The notes under the pieces: model-generated
The model's input: only the letters and a program-made list of their open reading frames with translations
The model's database searches: none
What the model was told of the DNA's origin: nothing
Program-made: the position numbers and the translations under genes
Part shown: in pieces, positions 1 to 17,000 of the stretch
Numbering within the stretch: the stretch's first letter is position 1
Layout of the letters: each line of letters begins with the position of its first letter
NCBI RefSeq assembly: GCF_964355755.1
Contig: NC_092673.1
Coordinates: 3,348,001-3,412,000, forward strand
Origin: Antedon mediterranea
Lineage: Eukaryota > Animalia > Echinodermata
Direction of reading: 5' to 3'
Length of the DNA stretch: 64,000 bases

Positions 1-267
1 TCAATACAAAAAATCATAATCCTCACTAATTGAAAAAAATGATTGCTTGATTATGATATCAGAGGGAACTCAACTCGCCTTAAATCGACGATTGGTGTGA
101 CGTTTCTTTTCAATCGTATTTGATCGGTGACATTCTGATTGCATATATATTTATATACAAAAATGGAAAAACCCCCAATATAATATATAAAGACAGACAG
201 CAATTCAAACGTTCACACAGGCGTTGACAACAATATTCATCATACAGAAGAACGAAACCAGTAAGAC

Positions 268-1151
<884 letters not shown>

Positions 1152-2588
1152 TGACTTATCTGTTTTGTTGTGACTAATTGTCTCTTTAAAGACGACTTGC
1201 GTTGCCTCCAACATATTTAAAAGTATATATTATGGTATAGAGAGTATTACGAGAATAATAGGCCTATGATAAGATGAATTCACTTAACTATTACAAATTT
1301 TACCCAGACAGTTAGAACCATGGTGGTGGTGTTTAGAAGTCAATTTGTTACAATCTGTTGAGAATATTACTGTAAATGGTACAGAAGACGAAAATGGTAT
1401 TTGTAAGATCTTTGGAAGAAAGACAATATGCCCTAAATAATAACATTAGCTACAATAGTACAAGTTTGTCATAACCGATGCAGCGAAGTGTCCTCAATAA
1501 TGTGTAGATATGTCATGTAGTTAATTCAAGCATCCAGCACATGCACCTACCTTGGGCCAGGACGGACCAACATGTATATACACAGTATGCTATATTAATT
1601 GAATAAAACTCTGGCAAAATATTACTATTTTTATAATATATTCTGTATAAAAAAAAATCGCGCGGGTAGATGTTTGTAACAACAGTCTGGATCTCAGTGT
1701 TTGTCAGATGACAGCTTTTGCTTTTATTAAGCGTTAGGCCTAGGGTGTTTCTTTTCGAATACCTTATGAAAGTCTTTGGTCTGGTTTCTTCTTTTTGATT
1801 GATATCTGCTTAAGACAATTTTGAATCCCAGAATTCAATTGAGTATTAGCTTATGACTAATGTCGATTTGAAATTTTATTAATGATAATTTGCAACTTGG
1901 GAAAAACCCAAGCTGATGTGAAGTATTCATGCGAAACGATTTACATAATGAGAAACAGAAACCCTATGACGATACTGAAAGAAAGATTATATCTGATTAA
2001 CTGTATAAACATTCGTATCTAGTCAACATCAAGTAATATTCAATACAAACAAAACAATCATAATCCTCACTGATGGAAATTAATGATGATTATTACAAAT
2101 AATTATTATTATAAGCCTGACAGAGACTGACGTCATAAATTTAAATAACGTACGATATCTTGATGATGAACATGTACTGACAGTGGTGTGAACAGGATTC
2201 CTCCATATAACGGTCCTTTACCTTCATAACAGAATGTTAATCAACCAGATTTTGTTTATTATTTTGTTGTAGGCCTATTTTATTTGTTTTAACCAGGGAA
2301 GTTTCAACCAATAATCTTTAAATAAACACTTTAATTGCTGCAAATATACCATGTTATCACGTAAACGAAAACAAAACATTATTTCATGCATCATTGGTTA
2401 ATATGAATCTTATCAGTCTCGTATCTATTCAGATTATTCTGGAAAATCCAACTTTATGTTATGACGTTAAAAGAATGCAGAGTAGTCGCTAGCTAGTATC
2501 ATAATATATTGAGAGCTCGGAGCTGATGAGTTCGAAGCTTTTATTGTCTAGACTTCATTTGAAATAGTAGACCCATACAGAATACAGA

Positions 2589-3348
<760 letters not shown>

Positions 3349-3425
3349 ACACGGACGGAAAGAGAGATGCCATGGCGTAAATTAAAATAATGACACGATC
3401 GTAGGAGGTTGGGCTGATGTCATAA

Positions 3426-3583
3426 AGCTCTGTCTACACTATCAAACTAGTTTGAGAAAAAAAGTGTGACCTGCCCAAATATGGTAGTGATATGCCTAAT
3501 TATGGTAGTGATGACATCATCATTTCAATATGGGCACATCACATTTTTTTGTCACATAAAATTTGATAAGTGTAGACAAGGCT
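3426..3583. mobile_element. MITE family A (Harbinger/Tourist-like)
   Basis: TIR AGCTCTGTCTACACTATCAAA, TAA/TAA flanks and internal CCCAAATATGGTAGTGATATG repeats; about 17 full or partial copies in the window. Confidence 0.85.
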
Positions 3584-3798
3584 TAATACAATACATCAAT
3601 GTTTTTTTTGTCGTATTGCAATTTGCAATCAACCTTGTTTTTAATCTTACAGTAATTCAATAATATCACACATGTAGTAAAGGAGTCGATATTATGTCCT
3701 CTTCCCAGATTACACAATAACCCGGTATTTTGGTTGGCGCGAATGAATCGTAAATGAGTGGTACATTCTATGATGAAAAGACATTTTGTCATGTGTTA

Positions 3799-3942
3799 AG
3801 CTCTGTCTACACTATCAAACTTTATGTGACATAAAAATATGATGTGCCCGCATATATGGACATGATAATGTCATATCACTTACATATTTGGACACATCAC
3901 TTTTTTTTGTCAAACTAGTTTGATAGCTGTGTAGACAGAGCC
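3799..3942. mobile_element. MITE family A
   Basis: Same TIRs and internal repeats; opposite internal orientation to the 3426 copy. Confidence 0.85.
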
Positions 3943-4393
3943 TAAGAATGATGATTTAGGACTATGTATACTTAAGTTTAGATTGCCTTGGTAAAATTAT
4001 TCACGGCAAAAGTAAAAATGTAATAATAAGAATAATATAATATATGCATACAATTTATATTTTTTAAATAAATGACTCGACTGTATGATGCGCTATGTGC
4101 AATTTTGTGTGCCGTTTAATTAGTTTCTATCTGTACAAACATGATTGTATATAATATCAGTGAGTTGATTAAAGTTATGAAACTCGACAGACTTCCTTTT
4201 GTTAATTATGAACTTTGTTGTCGACAGGTTATCCATTGTTCAAATATTTGTTTTTATTTATTTATTTATTTATTTCTTCCCATTTTCAAATATATTATAC
4301 AACATGGTACCACACTAGCCCTACGTCCAATAGTGGCGGGTAGGAGAGGGACACACAGTTTATTAAAAACTGAATGTTCAATCTCAATGTTAT

Positions 4394-4681
4394 AAACTAT
4401 TGAAATAGGACAATGTTCGCCGTTCGTGGTGAGGTAAGGCTCTATTCAACATTTTGAATGTCCAGTTACATATTAACATTTAGTGTAGGCCTACTGTTTG
4501 TTCGAAATCAGTACCATTAATAATAATATTAATAATAATGATCTTAGGCCAACAATGTTTTGCTGTAGGCCTAGGCCTAGTGTTATGGCGTTTGGCAATA
4601 TATTACAGAATTCCTAGTGGATAGCTAGACGCACCCTGGTAGGCCTACCTAGGCGACATGGTCACGTACGTATACAATATT
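4394..4681. repeat. Left copy of a 288-bp direct repeat flanking the LINE; contains exon 1 of copy 3 (4413-4433, MFAVRGE|GTAAGG)
   Basis: Identical to 9975-10262 except for 2 substitutions seen by eye. Confidence 0.95.
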
Positions 4682-4829
4682 TATTTATTTATTTTTTATT
4701 TCATTTCAACACATACATAATACAAAATTAATATGTAAAGGTAACGTAACGTAACTATTAAAACGATATAATACTCTCTCAAAAATAAGAGAGTAATGAA
4801 ATTAAAGAAAAAAAAAATAATGTATCGCA

Positions 4830-7800
4830 AAAATACACTTTATAATAATCATTTTGTTAATAATTATGGTTTGGTTTCCTTGTATTTTTGGTAAATGTGA
4901 AATAAATGATTATAATTAAGTAATTGTTTTTTGATTTTGCAACTAAATATGTACCACTTTGTAATTAAAATTAAAATGTTTGCATCACTGTGTTTTTCCA
5001 AAACCAAAACATATACTTTCCTTGGTGCTAATTAAGTTATTGTTGATATTTCGATACATATATTGTTTTACATTTTCCCATATTTTCTTTACCAGATCAC
5101 ATTCAAAGAACATATGTAGCAGTGTTTCCTGCTTTTCCTGGCAAAAACTACACATTGGTGAATCGACCTTTGACATCTTAAAGAGCATTGTATTTGTATA
5201 AATTATACGAAGAATAAATTTAAATTGAACATTTTTGAGCTTAGTGTCATTTGTACAGCAGGCGTGTAAATTTGAGAAAAGGTTTTTCCAATTAAGTTCG
5301 TTGTCAAACTCCTTTTCCCATTTTGATTCAATTCCAATTGGCTCTTCACCATTTTTTAATATAATGTGTTTATAGATATAATGACAATTTCTCGTTTTCA
5401 CAGAAATGAATGTCTGTAATTTAGATTCAACTTCATTCGTTGTGTTTACACCTTGTTCAATTAATTTCTGTTTCCAGAGCTTTGGAATTGAATTTACAAT
5501 CTGGTGATATAATAAGAAGTCTGGTTTAAAATTATATTTTTGGTTAAATTCGTCTAGTTCTAATATTTTCCCTTCTTTGTTCACGATATCTTTTACATAG
5601 TTTACATTTTTAACCAACCAATTTTTTTCAACTTTAAATTCTCTTTTATCAAAACATGAGTTGTTCCATAAAGATTGATTTAAGATGTCCTCTATCGTAT
5701 ACGGTTCTACAAAATTGTATTCACTCCACGCAGAGAGTATATCTTTATGGAACCTTTCAAATTGTTTTAATATTTTTGAAGATTTAGAAAAGTTGGTTTC
5801 GAAAACAATATTTCCTCCAACCTCTTTAATCTTACTTTTTAAAAACACTTTCCACTTGGATTGATTTCCATCAAGATATCTTTTCACCCAACATGATTTG
5901 AGAGATGTACAGTAACTCTTAATATGGGGAATTTTTAACCCTCCTTCGTCAAAATTGTTAAGCATGACTTTTCTTTTGACTTTATCGGGCTTTCCGTTCC
6001 ATATAAATTTAAATATTTTACTTTGAATATCTTGAAGGAAACAATCGGATGGGTCTGGTAAATTTGAGAAAACATACGTGAATATAGGGAGAAACCGTGA
6101 CTTAATAATAGTTGCTTTTCCAAACAAAGTAAGTGAGCGTTGTTTCCACATATTTAATACATTTTTAGCTTTATCTGGAAAGTTGAGTCTGAAAATATCA
6201 TTAAAATTACAAGAAATATTAACACCCAAGTATTTTACTGGGCCTTTGGTCCATGAAATACTTTTCTCAGATGGCGTTTTATAGTCGCAGTTTCTTAACG
6301 ATCCTATTCTCATAATGTTACTTTTTTAATTCTGAGTCCAGAATATATAAAAAATTCATCCAGTATATCTATAATTGGTCTTTGAGAAAAAACACAGTGT
6401 CATCTGCAAATTGGCTAATTCTTATGTCTACATTATTGTACTCTACCTTTAAATGTGTCTGACGTACCATTACCTAGTGTTTTTGCACAAATTATAAAAA
6501 GATATGGGGATAAATAAAAAAATTGAAGAATTTTGAGGTTACCCCGTTATTTATAACACAACTAACAATGTCTTTATATAATATTTTTATCCAATTTATC
6601 ATATTTTTACCAAAGCCAAATCTCTTAAGAGACATATCAAGGAAGTCCCATTTCACCTTATCGAAAGCCTTTTCGAAATCTACAAAAAATAGTAAGTTTG
6701 GCTTGTTGTGCATTTCTGCATATTCTATTACATCATAACTAATCTTATGTTGTCTCCAATCTGCCTTTAAGAAAGCCCGTTTGATCAGGATTAATTACTT
6801 ATGGCAGCACACATTTTAAACGAGTCGCAATGGCTTTTGCTAAAATGTTATAATCCACATTTAAAAGCGAGATGGGACGCCAGTTTTTCAATAATAGCGG
6901 AGATTTATCTTTTTTCGGTATAAGTGATATCACCCCTCGTTTCTGGGAGATACTTAAAAACCCGGATTGGAAAGAATAATGGTAAGCGTTAATTAGCGTA
7001 TCTTTTATATCATTCCAAAATAGTTTATAAAACTCGGCAAGAAAACCATCTGTCCCAGGGGTTTTATTGTTATCCATCGTGCATGTTTAATGCTTCTAAA
7101 CATTCTGTATCTCTAAAGGGCTGGTCACATATAGATTCATCATCTTTATTGATTTTATCTATGCGTATCTTGTCAAAAATATCAGCAGGGTTGACATTGT
7201 TATTTTCGCCTTTAAAACTATATAATGATTCATAGAATCGTTTTTCTTTATTTATTATATCGTCGGGGTTAGTTATGTCTCCATTATCTGTTGTAATTTT
7301 AGTTATATGCTTTTTATTATAATTCCTCCTCTCTAAATTAAGAAAATATTTCGTGATTTTTTCTCCTTCTTCTATCCAACGGGATTTGGATCGAATCAGT
7401 GAGCCACGTGTTCTAATTTCATAGATTGATTCTAGTTCGTTTCTTTTAATTTGGACCATTTCAGTTATTTTTTCATTAACTGTTTACGCAATATTGCTCT
7501 TCTAAGGTTTTGATTTCATTGTTTAATCGATCCACGTCTTTTTTAATTGTTTTATTTAGTTTACCAGAATACGACATTGATGTTCTCCTTGTATTACATT
7601 TTATCATTTCCCATACAGTATGTGGGTTATTTTCTAAACATTCTTCTTTTGTGTTTTTTATGGTTTCTTTAATTTCTTTAACGTATTGTGGGTCACTTAA
7701 AAGGCTTGTATTCAGTTTCCAGAAACCTGACCCTCGTTTACTCGTTATTCCATGTATTGATAACGTAATCAATGAATGGTCACTTTTAAAACCTGGTTAT

Positions 7801-8468
7801 ATTAAAGTTTTTTTCAACTTGAGACCAAAGTTCATAGGATATAAGAAAATAATCTAACCTACAGAACACTTTTGGAGATTGATTGGAGTGCCATGTAAAT
7901 TGGGTTTTAGTTGGATTTTCCTGTCTCCAGATGTCAATTAAATTATAATTGTCTTTTATACTATTTATTTGTTCTACAGATCTCGGGTGAATTTGACCTC
8001 TTCTATTTTTCTTATCCAGATCAGGTTCAAGAATTGTATTAAAATCTCCGCCTATTATTAGAGAGTACTGTGCGAACTCCTCAATTTTATTATTAAATTG
8101 TTCAAAAAAGAAACTGTTGTCATCATTTGGTCCATATAAATTTGCAATTGTAATATGTTTATCCTCTATTTGTATATTCATAATAATAAATTTTCCATTT
8201 TGATCATTGTAAATTTTTCCTATTTTATAGCTGACATTTAATTTTAAGAGAATACAGACTTCAGCCGAATTATTCTTTCCATTGCTAAATTTAATCTCAG
8301 AATCCCGGTCATTACGCCACGCAGTTTCCAGCTCATGTGTGCAGTGGGTTTCTTGTAGGAGGTATATGGAGAAGGGTTGATCCCTTAGCCAATTAAATAC
8401 GGTTCTGCGTTTAAAAGGGTTTTTAAGCCCCCGTACATTTAAACTACATAAATATCTATGCTACCCAT
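4830..8468 (-). pseudogene. LINE ORF2 (AP endonuclease, reverse transcriptase, C-terminal CCHC) with many frameshifts and an RT deletion
   Basis: SLNVRGL..LQETH, NLYGPN, IIGGDFN, RLDYFLIS, GFWKLN, KTPGTDG, NWRPISLLNVDY, VDFEKAFD, SQFADD (about 6399-6416), KYLGV, CSFC..ETLLHMFFEC; the QG.PLSP region is missing. Confidence 0.92.
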
Positions 8469-8569
8469 ATTTATTTTTTATTGGTTTTATTACTGTCTGC
8501 GTTATTATTATACATTTAGTTATATCAGAGAGATCATAACAATTGAAATCATAAACGTCGTTATAGATA

Positions 8570-9050
8570 CATTCATTCATTCAGGCTTATCGCCTGAATT
8601 TATTTACTTTAGGTCTCTGGCCCCTAGTAAATAAATGAAAATGAAATGAATTAATTAATTTCGTTCTCTAAGCAAAACATATATCTTAACTTATAAGCAT
8701 GATAAATATATTTAGATAGATTATCAATAATTATTGGATCCTGTGATGACATTAAACGGCAGAATTTAAAAGTATTTGGATTTTCAAAAAATAAAGAAGG
8801 TATACATTTTTTTCTGATTTCCTTGTAACGAGAGCAAACCGTAACAAAATGATATTCATCTTCAACTTCATTTATATTACATATCCTATTGCTGCGCTCT
8901 ATTCTTTTCCATCTTCCCTTTTCTACCTCTAGTTGAAGTGTGCCCAGTCTTAGTTGACTTAAAGCTCGCTTATATCTAGTATCAAGGGTCTGTAGTAAGT
9001 ATCCATCTACTCCGAAATTGTTTTTGAACATTTTATAGTTCATTATATAT
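8570..9050 (-). mobile_element. 3' fragment of a second LINE (CR1/L2-group-like) nested between ORF1 and ORF2 of the Tx1-like element
   Basis: LSQLRLG..LEVEKGRW...R..RIC...VEDEYHF..VC..Y...R C-terminal motif, then the stem-loop ATTCAGGCGATAAGCCTGAAT and a (TGAA)n tail. Confidence 0.75.
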
Positions 9051-9434
9051 TTCCTACATCTGTTATCTGATGGAAATAAAAAGTATAAGTTAAGAATGCA
9101 AATAATTAGCGGGGTCCGGTTTTCTATAGCCGTTTTCATTACCGTGGGTAAAAAAACATACACATTTAATAGTACATTATAAAATGCGATACTCAAAATT
9201 TTAAAAAAATAAAATTAAAGATAACATTAACATTAATTACAATTGCGAACATCAAATACAAATATGCGTAGCATTGAATAACCATCGCTATCTGCGAGTA
9301 GCTATCATGTACATGTACATTGATATAAAACATATCTAGATTTGCAATGCCGTAGTAATAGATAAACAAAAAGAATAATAAAAAATGTTCACAGTCCCTA
9401 GGCTCAAAATACCTTTTGTTTACACCCTGGTAGT

Positions 9435-9974
9435 TCATTTGCTGTTTTGTCCAGGTACGAATGATTCAAAGCGGCCATCTTGCTTCTGGTATCTAATAAC
9501 TGGAGGCACACAGAACGGGATAAACGCGAACTTAACGTCCGATCGCCGTCTTATTCTTTCGATGTGATTTTGCCTCAGCATTTTCCGCTGCTCTCTCACC
9601 TTCTTTGAAACATCGTCGCTAATATATATAAGATTGGTGTCCAGTGGATTGTTCTTCAGCGTTTTTGCAGCATTCCTCAGTACAAATTGACGATCAGTGA
9701 AGCGGAGTAACTTAACATTAATCAGCCTGACGTTTGTTTGCGTTTTGTTGATCCTTTATTATGCAAATAGCCAGGTGTTCTATGGGCGCGTTCGATCTCG
9801 ATGTGTTCGCCATCTTCCAATTTCATATGGGAGGTTAATATATATTTCACTAATTCTTCGCATGTTTTATTTTCCTTCTTTTCATAGCATTCCGGTACAT
9901 TGTGAATTACAAGGTTATTTCTTCTGGACCTGTTTTCCAGGTCTTCAACTTTATTTTGTAAATATTCCGCTTTG
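9435..9974 (-). pseudogene. LINE ORF1 remnant (L1-type ORF1p, RRM region), frameshifted near 9722
   Basis: LENRSRRNNLVIHNVPE...IEIERAHR...VKLLRFTDRQFVL...IYISDDVSKKVREQRK. Confidence 0.85.
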
Positions 9975-9993
9975 AAACTATTGAAATAGGACA

Positions 9994-11337
<1,344 letters not shown>

Positions 11338-12294
11338 GCCTATCACGAACTTGAGTAAAAACAATCACATTGAACCAGTTGTACTGCACGTCATCAGTCT
11401 CGTGTCTAAATATAGTTTATATATATATTCGGAAGACGACAAGTATGACGAATCGGAAGGTGGTTCGGAAGACAAAGTTCATTCGGAAAACGACCGATAT
11501 GCCGAGTGGGAAGTTGAATCGGAAGACGACTGGTATAACGAAAGTCATTACCAGCATGAGGACCATTCGGAAGAGCACCGCTATGATGAGTCGGAAGTCG
11601 AGTCGGAAGTCGAATCGGAAGACGATCGTAGTACGTGTAGTATATCGTGATATTAGATACGTTTGAATCAAAATAAAGTGTTTACATAATATTCCTTCGT
11701 TTTATATTTATTTTATTATGAATCATAAACTGTAATGCATTCTCAAAAACATAGTTCAAAATGATTTAAGAACTTGGTTATCTTCGTTATGAATTAATAC
11801 ATAATATGATTAGCTCATAAAGTATAAAGTAACGTATTCTGTATACGGACCGTCACTCATAGGCCCTAATGGCAATACATTTCAACACTTAACGTTTTGA
11901 ATTTAATAATCTAAACATTAGACTCAGAAAGCGACGATAGTGACAATTACAGCATTTTACAAATAGCTTATACAATTTCACCGTGGGGACTGTGGATAAA
12001 AATAGGGGGTTTTCAACTCTTCATTTTACGCTGTCCGTTTGAACGACTGGAATAAAAAAAAAAGACATATTATTGTATTATAAGGCCTGGCGACTACCAT
12101 CATATATCAGGAAATGTTTTAATTATTAATACAAGGTAGCTCCTATGTTCTCTCGCATAAATATTGTTTAATATTTTATCTAGGCATAGGTAAAATGTTT
12201 TTAAATGGACACGGTGGTACTAATGGGCTTGATATTTCTGTATTCGTTGTATAGGTTATCATGTATCATTTTGGTTTATAGAAAATGTTAATAA

Positions 12295-12558
12295 AGCTTG
12301 TTTCCCACCAGAACGCAACGCAGCGACACATCGACACAAAGTGCTGTATTGCGTAAAACGTGGTTTCCACCAGCGACGCAACGTAACGCAATGCAGCGAC
12401 GTATCGACGCAAAGTGCTGTATTGCGTAATCACAAGTGGAAACCGACGACGCAATAGTGCTGCAAACATCGTCGCAGGTTTGATTTGACGCAGGCGGGGA
12501 CAAACATAATTATTAGAAGGGCATTTGCTTAGGTTGCGTCGCTAGTGGGAACCAAGCT
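12295..12558. mobile_element. MITE family B (Harbinger-like)
   Basis: TIR AGCTTGGTTCCCACTAG with TWA flanks; internal ACGCA repeats; related copies at 15271 and 49389. Confidence 0.85.
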
Positions 12559-12563
12559 TTACA

Positions 12564-13763
12564 TTAACATGCATTATGAGGTAACAATGTCATACCTGGA
12601 GAACACCCCGTGTTACATTTGTTGCACCTTTGCTTCTTTGTTGACGACGTATTGAATTTAGCCCATTTGTGACCACATTTAGGACATTTAAATGTTTGCT
12701 TTTCTTCTTTGAGATTCATACAGTTATAACCAATTTCCTCACATTTACCGCAACGTTCCTGATCGTGCGCTATTTTATATCTTTTTTTTCTTTCCCCGCC
12801 TTTTCCACTAAAAAAAGTAAAACATTGGAATTGTGGCGATGTTATGGTTTTATTTGATACCGACAACCGATAATAGTTAAGATGTGGCCATGAATTAGAC
12901 ATTTGTTTCTTCATGATGTGCACGTGACTAGAAGGACGACTATGTGACGGGGGAGATGATGCCAACGGCAATAACGAAGGTGAGGTGTAACGATAGTGAT
13001 GAGAATAATGATCAGAAAAAATTAATGTTAATATCCCTCGTATAATGGAAATCGATCAATCAATCAAACAAACATTTATTTATAAACCTACACCCCCGCC
13101 AATCCCCCCACCCCCTCCTCCCCGAAAAAACCCCACATTCAATGTTATAGGCCTACCATACGAAGTGCAGAGAGGTAGACAGTTAACGAGTATTTATCTT
13201 GACGGTTCAATTTGATTACCTGGTGTATAGGGAAGACCTCGTCTTCACATTCCTGACAAGTTTGATGCGTATTGGCCCACGAGTACGCACTAATCCATTC
13301 GTTACCACACTCGCAATGAAATTCACCCATCGCACGATGAGAACCCTGGTAGGGCGTCTTTATATTCTTTCCCTTCTTCTGTAAACAAATTAAAAATTCT
13401 GTGTTTGTAATTTGCTCTATCTATGTGTAAATCTACACTATCAAATGTTATGACAAAAAATGTGATGTGCCCATATGGACATGTCGTATCACTGCCATAT
13501 TTGGGCATATCATCACCATATTTGAGAACATCACACTTTGTTTGTCAAACTAGTTTGATAGAGTAGACAGAGCTTTAAATAATGATGAACAATCTTTCCT
13601 AAAAATACAACGAAATAGTAATAATGACATCAGATTCACGAGTGGAGTGAAGAGCATCATGACATGACACCCTGTGCCATTTTCTTCAGCAAATTCAGAA
13701 CAGTATTAACTATTGTTAATTATATCAAATTAATGAAAGTAGGCCTACCACACTCAGAACCAT
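12564..13763 (-). CDS. Divergent 3CxxC gene, copy 4; exons 13763-13749 (MVLSV, tentative), 13378-13220, 12807-12564; needs a 1-nt correction in an A8 run; carries an extra half-finger
   Basis: KKGKNIKTPYQGSHRAMGEFHCECGNEWISAYSWANTHQTCQECEDEVFPIHQ| ..AHDQERCGKCEEIGYNC..FKCPKCGHKW..QRCNKC..SP. As written, exon 3 is out of frame by one base at 12782-12789. Confidence 0.65.
13412..13574. mobile_element. MITE family A in intron 1 of copy 4
   Basis: Degenerate left TIR, right TIR GTAGACAGAGCT, internal repeats. Confidence 0.8.
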
Positions 13764-14664
13764 GTTATAGTCTGTTCCTCTCTTTAAATCCAAGTGCACG
13801 AAATTTAATCACGTTTGAAGCATCATATTTGAAGTATTAAAACGAATGTTTTGTATATCTAAGGTGGGCCAATCTGATTTATTTATTAGTGATTATTGTT
13901 CTGATAACGTAGGCCTACTAACCTTTACGTCATGAAAATGAAATACTGGTAGGCCTACTACCAGAAAGCGACGATAGTGATAGTGACAATTAGTTTGAAT
14001 AAAAAATTCCTTATTATTTGTATTAACATAAATTTATATGTTATTAATGTTATGTTAATTGGAAAATCTAAATAATGTTTTTACAATGTAGGCCTCTTTT
14101 TAATTAATTACGTTTGTTGTTAAAATAGAGCTAGACGAATTGATTTAGTAGTAATATTGAAAGTGGAAAAATAACAGTATAGGCTACATGACAAGCCTAT
14201 ATAACACTAGGACTACATTTACGCAGAATGAGATAACCACTATATTAGAATAGCACAATAATAAATGTTTTGTAGTATTGCAATCAACCTCATGTTTTTA
14301 ATGTTAGTGTTATGAGCAACATAATCGATGATATCATGCAATGATTAAATGACTTGCAATATATCGAACTTTATGATTTCTCTTGCTTGCTTGATCTAAA
14401 GATAGAATCTACATCAATGTCACACAACATGATTCAGACTTTGGGCCGACAATTAGCCTACCCTCATAATCGATTTTCAGCGTTTTATTTATTCAAACTG
14501 AATGTTGTTATTTTTAGTAGGCCTGTGTTGGTGATTAATTATAGATATTTCCCCACTACGGATTCGCGATATTGGAGCCTCAATCCGGCACATGCTTGTT
14601 TTTAATATTAATTTCATTGGCCAAAACACTATCATAAATATTGATGTCGTATAAACCATTAGAC

Positions 14665-14951
14665 CATTGTAACATTGCACTGCCTATTTATAGAAATGCA
14701 TGTTAAATTTAGCCACTGGAAAATTCTGCACAGAGTATAAAATATTTCGAATCTGATTATCTCAGCTACAACCGTGAATTTCTTCACATATGTACATCAT
14801 TTTGTACATATAAACGATTGTAACATTGTAATGTCTATTTATAGAAATACATGCTAAATTTAGCCACTGGAAAATTCTTCACAGAGTATAAAACATTTCG
14901 AATCTGATTATCTCAGCTACAACCGTGACTTTCTTCACATAATGTACATCA
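14665..14951. repeat. Tandem duplication (period about 151 bp) just upstream of copy 5
   Basis: Two copies of AAATTTAGCCACTGGAAAATTCT..CAGAGTATAAAA..TCGAATCTGATTATCTCAGCTACAACCGTGA. Confidence 0.9.
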
Positions 14952-15019
14952 CAGGTTCGGCTATAAGTGCAATATTAATATAAATTCACAGGCAGCCGCA
15001 TAATATTATAACAGTTACA

Positions 15020-16266
<1,247 letters not shown>

Positions 16267-17000
16267 GTAACAAAAACCTTGTTCGCACCGGACTTGAAAA
16301 ACTGATAAATTTAACCACGGCAGATTTACCAAATGCCATTGGAAGATTTGATCATCGTTCGCACGTTCGATATTTTCACGCAGTAATTTTACCGACATTT
16401 AACCGTGGTGTTAAAAACAGCGATTGACTCATAATGTGTATTAACATGAATCGCGAGTTCGGATTAAACCGAACCGCGTGGTTAGCTTTAACCATTAAGA
16501 CCATTGTAACACTGTTAGTTACCGTAGGCCTATTTCTTGTGAGACTTAAAGTGTAGCAAGTGCTCACTACACGTGGAGAACCGTTTATATACCGATAATG
16601 TATTATGGGGCAATGATTGGAATAGAATGCAGAATCAAGTGTTAGACTTAGTATTTTGATTATGAATGTGGTACAATAGATAAATGGAAAAGTTGTGACG
16701 AAGATACTATATAAGTAATATATATAAGTACTATATAAATATAATATGTTTTTTTCTACGGAAGTGATTAACAATTTATTAAAACTGCAAAATTGTCTAC
16801 CGTTACTCAAAGTCTGATTTTATTTATCTTCATTTTTTGCATTTAAGCAATTCAATTCAATTCGTATTTATTAGTAGGACTACTCCTTAATGTTATAATT
16901 AATAAAATGCTTGCTGGTTCTGTTTTAACATGCAAAACTCATGTATTAAAATGTCATAGGGCCTATATTAATCATCTTCTGATTCTTTTACAATATTCCA

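Larger units (their letters stand above)
4682..9974 (-). mobile_element. 5'-truncated, decayed L1/Tx1-clade non-LTR retrotransposon
   Basis: ORF1 remnant, then ORF2 with APE, RT and CCHC domains; A-rich 3' tail at about 4682-4706; truncation inside the ORF1 coiled coil at 9974. Confidence 0.93.

Noticed and set aside
1951-1962. ISRE-like GAAANNGAAA sites (also near 13934)
   Set aside because: Expected by chance in AT-rich DNA and not positionally conserved across paralogs.
3466-3663. Recurring short ORFs with CPNMV/YGHIT/CDVPKY motifs (also 13323, 42414, 43678, 46662, 58596, 63426)
   Set aside because: Chance translations of MITE family A.
4985-8181. Active retroelement or novel RT system
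   Set aside because: Ordinary L1/Tx1 domain order with multiple frameshifts and an RT deletion.
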